47,621 bases of DNA from Sphaeroforma arctica JP610 (lineage: Eukaryota), in the NCBI RefSeq assembly GCF_001186125.1, contig NW_014040456.1, positions 91,664-139,284 on the forward strand. Direction: 5' to 3'. Below, piece after piece: positions 27,101 through 37,635 of this stretch. Both the position numbers and the translations under genes were made by a program. A model generated the notes under the pieces. It did no database searches. It had not been told where the DNA came from and was given only the letters and a program-made list of their open reading frames with translations. The stretch's first letter is position 1, and each line of letters begins with the position of its first letter.

Positions 27101-27505
27101 CTTCTTTTCCAATATCGTGTCTTTCGATGTAGTATGTACATACCTGAACCGTGTCCGTAGTGTGTGTACCGTGCACATGAAGACTGTCTTTCTTGTTCTA
27201 CGATGTTCAATGTGTTGTTGATATTTATTAATTCTATTGATAGGTATAAATTTGTCTCCTACTTGAACTGTGTACCTCTATGAGTAGTTCCGTTATCAGC
27301 TTGTTTTGTATACGATCTAGCGTAGTGGTATATTTGTGCATCACTTATGTTGTCTCTGACACTGGGACATTAAAAGTGGTTTGACGTTTTGTGTGCATCT
27401 GATTCGATGGCGATATTTATTCAGTTTTAGCTAGTGACTGTTCACTCTTGTATCAGTGTTTGTTAAGTCTTGCTTATCTAAGTGGATACTCATATCACTC
27501 ACTCT
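24156..27505 (-). mobile_element. Fragment of a divergent family A-related Gypsy element (leader, gag, protease), cut by family A LTRs at both ends
   Basis: gag similar to family A (PVDYLLVKWLND...NVEVR), knuckle CPHCGTNLSPHAYSKC, protease NALVDSGA, and INPLIPTDAKWESL shared with family A. Confidence 0.8.
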
Positions 27506-27825
27506 TGTAGCATCTAGGGACCAGACTATCAAAAAGCCAATCCAAAACCCAAAACCCAGAATAATCAAATACTGAGTTTTGGAATTAGGATTTAAATATG
27601 TCTGATATTAGAGTCATCAGAAGTATTAGCGGTAGAACCGGTAAGCTATACCGGGACTCCCGCGTGAGAGAGAAACACAAAAGTAGATCCTGAGTCTAGT
27701 GAAAACACAAATAAAGACTCAGTTCCTCAGGTTAGGGACTTTTCCTAGCTGAGATAACCGTACTTGAGAAGAGGTCCATTGTATTCCATTGTCTCGTACC
27801 TTTCAGGAGCTCTCCATACTCTACA
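27506..27825 (+). repeat. Family A 5' LTR of copy 2
   Basis: tgtagca...ctctaca, internal AATAAA, reverse complement of the other family A LTRs. Confidence 0.9.
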
Positions 27826-28235
27826 TTTTTAACAATATCCATACCTATATAAGTCAACAAGAATCCTAACACACTGTAATAGGTTTAAGAAAAGAAGCAG
27901 AAGACACTCCTGACATAAAGAATTTCTAATTGTGAAATAGACTATTACAGAAGGAAGAGGCCGAAGAGAAGCGAGGAGATCTTGAAGAAGAAAGAAGGTC
28001 CACAACGGTAGGACAAGAGGACACCTTGGAACTCAGAGGAATAGGAGAAAGAAGAATAAGACCTCGGCACAACGTCTGAGGTAAATAGAAGTGTTCCAGA
28101 AGTAAGCTGGACATTTGACGAGATGTGATAAGCTTTATTGTGCACAAAGAAGTGTCTCTTTGAGTGCAAAAATTAGAAAAGTGTCACGTTGATTAATTCA
28201 TCAATGGTGGAGATTTTTAGGCCATTTTCGAACAA

Positions 28236-29008
28236 GAAAATATACTGAGCTTTAGAGACCCTGCACGACAATGCACAACAACAGTGAGATACACGAATAA
28301 GACAAAGACATTACACATATTAACAAATGAGAAGATGTGCACATAATAGACACTTAACTATTAACTCAAAGACGAGTACACATCAGCAAATAGCTTGCGA
28401 TGTTCAAGGGTAGCATAACACTCAATCACAATTTCAGAAAATAATAAGACATTTTGTTAAGACATTCTGCACTGAGAAGCTAAAATCACCAGTTAATCAG
28501 AAAGAATACATACAAGAAACACACTACAGACAGAAGTCTAGCGTAGAAGGGTCGCATAATAGGGATAATATTATTTATTTCAAAAATGGCAAGTATGTAT
28601 GATACAATGTATGAACATATGGTATGGCTTTCATAGTCGCTGTAGTGGTTCAGGAAAGATTTGAAAATATACTGAGCTTTAGAGACCCTGCACGACAATG
28701 CACAACAACAGTGAGATACACGAATAAGGCAAAGACATTACACATATTAACATATGAGAAGATGTGCACATAATAGACACTTAACTATTAACTCAAAGAC
28801 GAGTACACATCAGCAAATAGCTTGCGATGTTCAAGGGTAGCACAACACTCAATCACAATTTCAGAAAATAATAAGACATTCTGTGAAGACATTCTGCACT
28901 GAGAAGCTAAAATCACCAGTTAATCAGAAAGAATACATACAAGAAACACATTACAGACAGAAGTCTAGCGTAGAAGGGCCGCATAATAGGGATAATACTA
29001 TTTATTTC
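28236..29008. repeat. Tandem duplication with 427-bp period, next to the gap
   Basis: 28663-29008 is a near-identical repeat of 28236-28581. Confidence 0.85.
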
Positions 29009-30785
29009 NNNNNNNNNNNNNNNNNNNNNNNNNNNNNNNNNNNNNNNNNNNNNNNNNNNNNNNNNNNNNNNNNNNNNNNNNNNNNNNNNNNNNNNNNNNN
29101 NNNNNNNNNNNNNNNNNNNNNNNNNNNNNNNNNNNNNNNNNNNNNNNNNNNNNNNNNNNNNNNNNNNNNNNNNNNNNNNNNNNNNNNNNNNNNNNNNNNN
29201 NNNNNNNNNNNNNNNNNNNNNNNNNNNNNNNNNNNNNNNNNNNNNNNNNNNNNNNNNNNNNNNNNNNNNNNNNNNNNNNNNNNNNNNNNNNNNNNNNNNN
29301 NNNNNNNNNNNNNNNNNNNNNNNNNNNNNNNNNNNNNNNNNNNNNNNNNNNNNNNNNNNNNNNNNNNNNNNNNNNNNNNNNNNNNNNNNNNNNNNNNNNN
29401 NNNNNNNNNNNNNNNNNNNNNNNNNNNNNNNNNNNNNNNNNNNNNNNNNNNNNNNNNNNNNNNNNNNNNNNNNNNNNNNNNNNNNNNNNNNNNNNNNNNN
29501 NNNNNNNNNNNNNNNNNNNNNNNNNNNNNNNNNNNNNNNNNNNNNNNNNNNNNNNNNNNNNNNNNNNNNNNNNNNNNNNNNNNNNNNNNNNNNNNNNNNN
29601 NNNNNNNNNNNNNNNNNNNNNNNNNNNNNNNNNNNNNNNNNNNNNNNNNNNNNNNNNNNNNNNNNNNNNNNNNNNNNNNNNNNNNNNNNNNNNNNNNNNN
29701 NNNNNNNNNNNNNNNNNNNNNNNNNNNNNNNNNNNNNNNNNNNNNNNNNNNNNNNNNNNNNNNNNNNNNNNNNNNNNNNNNNNNNNNNNNNNNNNNNNNN
29801 NNNNNNNNNNNNNNNNNNNNNNNNNNNNNNNNNNNNNNNNNNNNNNNNNNNNNNNNNNNNNNNNNNNNNNNNNNNNNNNNNNNNNNNNNNNNNNNNNNNN
29901 NNNNNNNNNNNNNNNNNNNNNNNNNNNNNNNNNNNNNNNNNNNNNNNNNNNNNNNNNNTCGAACAATGTGAACATGTACGTAGTCGTTACAATCATAGCA
30001 CAGAGCCGGATTGGTGTAGACTCGAAGCAGCGATTGAAGCTGTCGTGTCTGGTTGTGTCTTGGTTTGAGGTTGGCGGTTTACCCGTAACCCGTTGGTAGT
30101 AGTATTGGCGCCGGGCCATTGCCGCGATCTCCTTGTTGGACCAACGGTTTGTTGAGTTCTTCCGGATGTCGTCACAGCGTTGGTGGAGGGCTACATGGTC
30201 GGGTGTACGCCTGCCCGTGGTTTTGTGTACAGTTTTCAGGTGAGCATAGATACTGAACAGGAAGCGCAGTGATGGTTTATCGTGGGCCCAGGCGGGTTGC
30301 GTCAGAGGGGTAAGTGGATTTGTGCTGGCCATTGAGTCGACTTGTTTTCCCAGGAAACCTCCGAGGTAGTCCGCGAATGGTCGCGCGGGGAGCAGGCCGC
30401 AAAAGTGAAGTAAGTTTGTTCGATGTTTGGGAAACCGAGGGTATTTAGTGCCCGTGATGATGGCTGCTGCTTGGATGAGTGCTGAGTTAAAGCGCTCGAA
30501 TAGGAGGTCCAACGCATCCTTCCATATAGGCGGAGCCCAGGCAATAATGTTCAGCCCATATGTAGCCGTGGATAGGATGAATGTTTTGAACATCACCAGT
30601 CGGTTGCAGGGGTGTCGCCAGCTGAAGCCTAGAAGCCATAAGCGCGGAAAGAGGCGATACCCAGTGACAATGCTGCAACCAGGGATTCCATATGTCTAGC
30701 GAGGTTGATTCCTGGTACTCCGTGAGAGAGTGGGAACCCCAGGTATTTGGAGTGTTTCGGTTCGGCATGTGTGGGCGCCAGTTTC
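28987..30785 (-). mobile_element. 5'-truncated non-LTR (LINE) retrotransposon inserted in the family A leader
   Basis: Minus strand encodes an RT C-terminal signature, SKYLGFPL...RLVMFKTFILSTATYGL. Family A leader sequence is continuous across the insertion when compared with 23000-23100. Spans the gap. Confidence 0.75.
29009..29958. other. Assembly gap (950 N)
   Basis: Run of N. Confidence 1.
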
Positions 30786-32484
30786 AGTAACAGGTACCAA
30801 CGTAACTATCAAGGACCCATAGAGATGAGTACGAAACTAACGTACACATCAAAATCTCAAGCCTAAATTTCAGCCATTTACTTGCATTAGAAAGGCAGGA
30901 ACACGTTAAGAGTGTCCACACACAGAATGAACAAGAGTATCAAGCATAACTAAGCATTCTAGATAATCATACTTGCCAATTAATCATTCTAAGCAATCAT
31001 ACTCGCTTAAGAATGGGTGGTACCAATAAATGAGATCTGTAAGATCCTAAAACAAAAAAATACTCACTTTAGGTAGAAAAGTACACATACTTGACAACTC
31101 AATTACAAGCAAGAGGCAATCTCTAACAAAGTATTCTCAATAAATGAGAAGAAAACAAACACCCAAGTCCAGAATATACATACGATTTTTGAACAAGGAA
31201 GTCCAAGAACAATCAGATGCGCATAGCATTAATCAAATCATTGAGGAGGGTTCAGAGATCGAATAACAACAAAGGGCCATGGGTAATTTATTAGGGAGTT
31301 GCAACAATAAGAGTTAAAACAAATAATAGTGATCAATCGATTCATAAACAAGACAAAGACAAGCAGTAAAAAATTACACAATTCGCGTCAAACTATCATA
31401 AGGAGGCACAAGACATTAGATACAGAGAATTTACATACAAATAATATCATTGTCAAACAAGTTACATAACACATAACCAAACCAAGCGATAATAACAATG
31501 AGAGCACAGTATGGTAAGGCATAATAGCAAGTACAACACTCATATCAAAAAGGAATTTAGGTCGCAAATCTCGCGAATCTGATCAGGCACAGGAATAATC
31601 CATTCCATGGCCTGATCACATAAATGGTGCACAAGAATAATCCATTCCACATAGCACACAAGAAGCATACAGTGCACACACACCGTCAGAAGTGACTAAC
31701 AATAAGTTGGAAATAGACAAAGACAGCCATTGATGGACAAGGGAACAATTCAAACCCACTCACATCATAAAGCAAGTCTAAGATCGATCAAATCACGAAA
31801 AGATCACAAGACATAACTCAGTGATAGGAACAAACCATTCCATACACAACACTACGCATTACAGTTCATCAAAACTGAAATAGCAACAGAGGTGACACAA
31901 AGTGATGAGAATCTAAATTCAAGAAATCTCGTTGTACACACACAACACACACAGGAGATTGAACTAAATTTGCAAGACAGTGATTGACAATGAAAGCCGG
32001 AAAGCACAGCAGGCTGGTCTAGCACTAGACATCACACAAGCAGCGCACACAAAACGAAAAGTACGCATCAAGTGGGTATAGTACAACCGAGTACAGTTCT
32101 GGTATAGTCAATAAGGACAAATATAACAGATCCCACATACATACATAAGCAGTTCGGTACAAGACCACAAATGTCCAGTGGACCGAACATCAAGAGGTGA
32201 AGTCAAAAGGACCGAACTTCCCCGGTGACATCACTAGGACCGAACTTCTACATGTGACGTCACTAGGAATGAACATCTCATTAAGATCACTTGAGAAAAT
32301 AGTTTCTCACATGACGGAATAAACACTAGTGACAATAAGTTCTCACGTGACGGAATAAGCACAAGTGACGTCACACGTGACGGAATAAGCTTGACTAACA
32401 AACACTGTTTTCACCCCTCATAAACACAGGGGACCAAGCAACAAGCTACCGAGCCATACAGCAAGGTCAACACTTCCCGCGGAA

Positions 32485-35400
32485 GTGCAGCAAAGCAACA
32501 GCAATATAATTGTAAGTAAAACAAATCAAAATTTCATTTATTATGACTTATTACTAAAGACGGGGGATGAAGCGCGCGCTTTCACACAAAACATAACCAG
32601 AGTCTTTATTAATAATCCACTAACACCCACACACCAATGCAGGCTTCTGGAAATGCCAACAGCAACCAGAACAAACGTGTACTGTGGGGGGGGGGAAGGG
32701 AATGCAGGCGCGGATGACGTGGAAGTCTGTCCAATGGAAGGGACAAGCCCAGGCAATAGTTCGGGCCAACCTACACCGGCGGGTGTACCCATTGTAGCGA
32801 CAGCAATGCGTCTATAAGTAAACAAGAATATCTGTCAAGGCAATCATGTTCTGATGAGTCGGTTTGTGTCCAAATTGGAAATACAGCACCAGTGCCTATA
32901 CCGACTCTACACAAGATGAGGGTAGGCATACATGACCAACAGCCAGAGTGCCGAATGCCACTAGTGGATGCGGAGCTCAGACGACGATATGACCAAGCAA
33001 TCAACGATTGTGGTGGTGATGAGGACGACAAACTTATTCAAATCAGTCTGTACGTTAGTGAGCTAGAGCTCATGTGTTCTCGTTTAGGCGATCAGATAAA
33101 CGAACCATCTCTCAAGAAATTACTCAAGACTTCGGAATTTCTCAAGATGCCTAAAGATAGTTTCTTTAGAATGGAAAATTGCGAAGATATCATAGAGTTC
33201 ACTACACAGTGTAGTAATATATTCTTAGCTACGTCAATCCCATTGTGTCAGTGTTCAGCAATCCCATTGATGCAACGGAGAAAACCAAATCAGTACTCAA
33301 TAACTTAAGAGATTCTGAGACACAAAACTAGGCACTTCAATGATCCTGAGCAGTTCAATAGAATCATTATTGATCGACTCAGATCGCACCCAGGAGACTA
33401 TCTATCGGATAATTTTCTCAATGACATGCAGAATAAGAAGATGAACGTCGAAGTGCGCACAGAACGTGTGCACAAGACAATGGCGATGTTAGAGGAGCGT
33501 TACCGCAACTCAGACAAGGAGCCCGTACACTTCCAATTCCTCAAAGTCCAGAGGTACATAGCACTGAAGTACTATGGATTGCAATCAGTTGTGGACATCC
33601 TAATCAAAGGAGACAAGCAACCGGATGGAAGTGAAGGACACTTGTCTGACATAGAACATACCAATTTTCATACTATGACTGAGACACACATAAGAACGGC
33701 GGCTATGACACAAGCAGAGCGTATGTTGCGGGATCAGGCGCGAGCAGCAAACAAGCGCAACAGCGCACAGACGAACAGGCAAGTGGTGGATAACTCTACA
33801 AACGCTAACAAACGGCACACGCCAGATGATGGTGCACACAACCAGAACAAGCAAGGGGGGGCATACAAAGAAAAAGAAACGAGCACGTGAAGAGCGTGCA
33901 TGCCCCTATTGTCAGAAAATGCCAACAGCGAATGTCCTGAGAAGAAAGCAAATCAAGCCAAGGAGGCTGAGCAGCGAGCCAAGAAAGTTGTGCAGATAGC
34001 AAGACTGTCCATTATATCTGGCAAGGTGGAAGACATCACAGAAGGGGATGAGCACTGAAGACACTGGTGAGCGGAAGCAAACATGATTGACCTGGCTGAC
34101 AGACTCAATGTATTTACAAATGAAGAAACGTTGTTAATAAATGCAAATGATAGAAATTATCAACCTTTATCTTTACTTCCCGCACCATGAGACCAACGGT
34201 TACACATTGACATACAAATCAATGGCAATACATACAATGTACTAGCAGACTCGGGTGCACAACGCTGATGCATGAACAAAAGTGTAGTATCAGAACTATA
34301 TATGTTAGTGCGCAACCGGGGTACATACAACTAGCACAAATGGATGCAAGAATTCAACGCACTGGATCAACAGAAGTTTGTGACTTTAACTATGGAGGTA
34401 GGAAGACCTCTCAGTAATTTGAAGTATTGGACTTACCAGACAAAAAGACACCAATGCTTCTAGGTATGGACATTCTACCATAAATAGGTATATACATAAC
34501 AGGGTTAATCAATCCACTTATACCAACAGATGCAAAATGGGAATTGCTCCTCACACCACATGGAGAGGACCCAGAGCATGAACAAGAAGGTTTCAGAGAG
34601 TCACTTACAGACCTTCTGGATACCAATGCGAATATATCTCCTGATGCTCATTGCAATCTACCAGGTTCCACAGTCACTGTACCTGCAAATGAAATCAACG
34701 TCAGACAAATGAGGAACGCTAAAGTCAACTTTGTTCCGCACAAATACATTCCGCAAACGGATGAGAATGTGCAACGATGGCTTAAAGATGGCCACATATA
34801 CAAACGCGATACGCCCACAACGGTGAACCTACCGTTCTTATCAACAGGTGAACATGACCAAACAGGTCGCCTCAAAAAAGTAAGAACATGTCTAGCCATA
34901 TGCGAGATCAGTTATCAGTATGAACAAGACAAATTCGTGTTACCAAAAATAAAGGAAGTGTTACACAACCTACAAGGGGCACAGTTCTTTTCAAAGCTAG
35001 GTCTGGAGAATTTTACCATTTCCTAGTAAACGAAGCAAGCCAACACTTTTTTACATTCTCGTGGAGAAGAGCGCAGTACTCATTCGAGTCCGCGCCGTTT
35101 GGACCACACTCACTCACAGCACAATTCCAGAGAGCCATGGCGAATCTGCTCATATCTATCAGAGGAGTGCAAGTGTGTGTAGATGGCATATTCATTGCGA
35201 GTCTTACCGAAGAAGTACACCGCAAGTCAATTCGTGAAGTAATCAAGTGACTGAATAGCAACATTCTTGAGGTGAAAGTCACCACACAGGGACTCAAAGC
35301 AGACCCTGAGAAACAGAAAAGAATGATGGACTGGCCACTGCCGAAAACAAAAAGAGATCTGTACAAGGCAATGGGACTAGCAAATTGCATGCGAGACCAT

Positions 35401-36758
35401 GTCCCCAACTTTGCCCACACAACGAAACACATTCGGGACCTAATGAAAGGAAAAATAAACCAGAACATATCCATGTTGTGGACACCGAAACTTATAAAGA
35501 AGTGGGAAGAACTCAAAAAAGCCATCGCCTGTTCAGCGACGCTAGCATACCCTGTTGATGGGGTACCGTTTCAAATTATGAACGATGCTAGTGATTATGG
35601 CATAGGAAGGTACTTATTTCAAGTCATCGATGGAGTTAGAAGAGACTTTCTCTAGTCCTCAAAAGGCTTGAATCCAGCTGGCACAAATACCAAAGAGCTA
35701 CTAGCACTGGTATACAGCCTGGAACACTTCTCTGAATTAATCAAAGGGGGGGACATAACACTGTGGACAGATCACAAAGCGCTCACGCAAATGAACAGTC
35801 AACAGACGTTACACCTAATGCTAGCCAAATGGATAGCAAAAACGTTCTACCACCATTTCTCCATCATACATGTCCCAGGCAAGGACAACCAGATGGCAGA
35901 TATGTTGTCACGTCTCCTTGAAGATACTTTTAGTACTAAAGAGTCAAAAGTATTACAACAGGCGAATGAGGCAACTCATAATAGCCAAGAGTACACCACC
36001 TTGGAAACGAACATACCCATAACCATATCGGATATAGACTGGATGTTACATCCCAGATTCTATCAAGAAGCGGAACGAAGGTTTGGGGAGCTCACAGTAG
36101 ATCTGTTTGCATCAGCACACAATGCGCACACAGATAAATACTACACCAAAGAACATATTGCGATACAACAAAAGTGGGCGCAGGAAGTGAATGCATGGAC
36201 GAACCCATCATGGGAACTCATACCTGATGTCCTTGACAAAGTCATTGAGGAGGCAACCAGCATCACAATATGTGTACCATATTACCCCAATGCCTCGTGG
36301 TTTTCAAAGTTCTTGTCTTTACTAGAAGAAGACCCTATGCTAGTAGAAAACACAAACAATACGTTCCTCAAAGAGGGCAAGAAGGCTTGTGGCAAGACCC
36401 CATGGAGTGTCACATTAGTCGCAAGGATAGGAGCTAAGTTTCCATACTTTGACTCAACGTGGGAACAACCTGCTATACACGTTGCAGCGTCAGAACCAGT
36501 TCACTATGAAGACGCACCACAGGAAACAAAATATGAGAAACGTGTCGATCTCATCGAGCAATACCACAACTTAGGACATTACACTCCTGCGGAAACAGTA
36601 CACAAGTTGCAAGCAGATGGACATGATTGGGCTGATATCCAACAACATGTACACAAGTTCAATGACGGATGTATACCAGGTCTAAAAAAACCCCCCTCAA
36701 AAAGGTATTTCACCCTTTACAATCAATTACAGCCGCATATCCAAGCGACAGAGTCCAA
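32485..36758 (+). pseudogene. Family A copy 2 gag-pol (gag-PR-RT-RH-MT-IN N-terminus), disrupted
   Basis: ORF fragments 32892-33890 (gag), LADSGA (~34245, PR), 34544-35655 (RT/RH). ORF 35668-36855 runs uninterrupted from RH (WTDHKAL...NQMADMLSR) through MT to the IN H-X3-H motif. Confidence 0.9.
36037..36432 (+). pseudogene. DIRS/Dam-like methyltransferase-type domain, family A copy 2 (open frame)
   Basis: DWMLHPRFYQEAERRFGELTVDLFASAHNAHTDKYY...NAWTNPSWELIPDVLDKVIEEATSITICVPYYPNASWF...GKTPWSVTLVARIG. Confidence 0.85.
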
Positions 36759-37082
36759 TGTAGTAAGTCGTAAAGACAACTGTATCTCAGCGTGCTCCCC
36801 TCGTACAAGGGGAGGCTTGTTCATTTATCGAACTATTCCTGACACTATATTTTGATCATGTGTTTTCCTATTCAGATTTACTCTGAACGGATAAACCCAG
36901 TTTCAAAATATAGTCTCTAAACCCCTAATACACTATTCCTGACATTATATTTTGATCATGTGTTTTCCTACTCAGATTTACTATGAACGGATAAATCCAG
37001 TTTCAAAATTTAGTCTCTAAACCCCTAATACTAAATAAACCCTAATCCCAAATAAACCCTGTCCAGGGACCTCCTGACAACA
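36759..37082 (-). repeat. Family C 3' LTR with ~100-bp internal tandem duplication
   Basis: Homologous to 41357-41595; unit actattcctgac...cccctaatac occurs twice (~36832-37031). Confidence 0.88.
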
Positions 37083-37329
37083 ACAACCCCAAACTGAAAC
37101 ACAATTTGTGGGCCAGCTTTAAGAATTCGAAAGAGTATCCTGAGCAGGCTAGTGTGCTGGCATTTAACCTCAGAGAGCTAGAGGGCTCGGTTATTTATTC
37201 ACCACTCGAGCTGGTGACTAAACATTAGGTACATGTAACTACCCTAATATATGTATATCTATAAACAACTGGGTGTTATTTACAACTGGTCACTGCGACA
37301 TTTCCTGGCTCGTGTCTGTGTATCCTTAT

Positions 37330-37470
37330 GATAAGCTACAATGTCATTAGCATCGTCAAAAGCATCGGCTGTTTCCCATGTTGGCACTCCCTCACGCCAA
37401 CGTACAAGGTATTCCAGCTTACCCGTATCATCGTTCGTCCGATGTTTGATAATGTAACGGAATGCTGCGC
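37330..37470 (-). pseudogene. Integrase C-terminal chromodomain, family C
   Basis: FRYIIKHRTNDDTGKLEYLVRWREGVPTWETADAFDDANDIVAY fits the chromodomain pattern (I..HR...YLVRW.G..TWE). Confidence 0.8.
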
Positions 37471-37635
37471 CACCTTCATGTCACAGAGTGTGGTGGACCA
37501 ACCGTAGTAACTCTACGCGAACCGGCTTCCCTTTAAAATCCTGGGGGGCGGCTTCGTTAACTTGTCCGTATATGTCGTAGTGATTTTATGCAACGTAGGC
37601 AAAATCGTATCATGCAGCTGGTCCAGCCGTTGTGC

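Noticed and set aside
28883..30596. Long ORFs of 362 and 532 aa
   Set aside because: Inflated by the 950-N gap; only 29959-30596 (minus) is real, LINE-derived coding sequence.
36895..37060. Telomere-like TAAACCC motifs in the family C LTR
   Set aside because: Scattered single motifs, not a tandem array.
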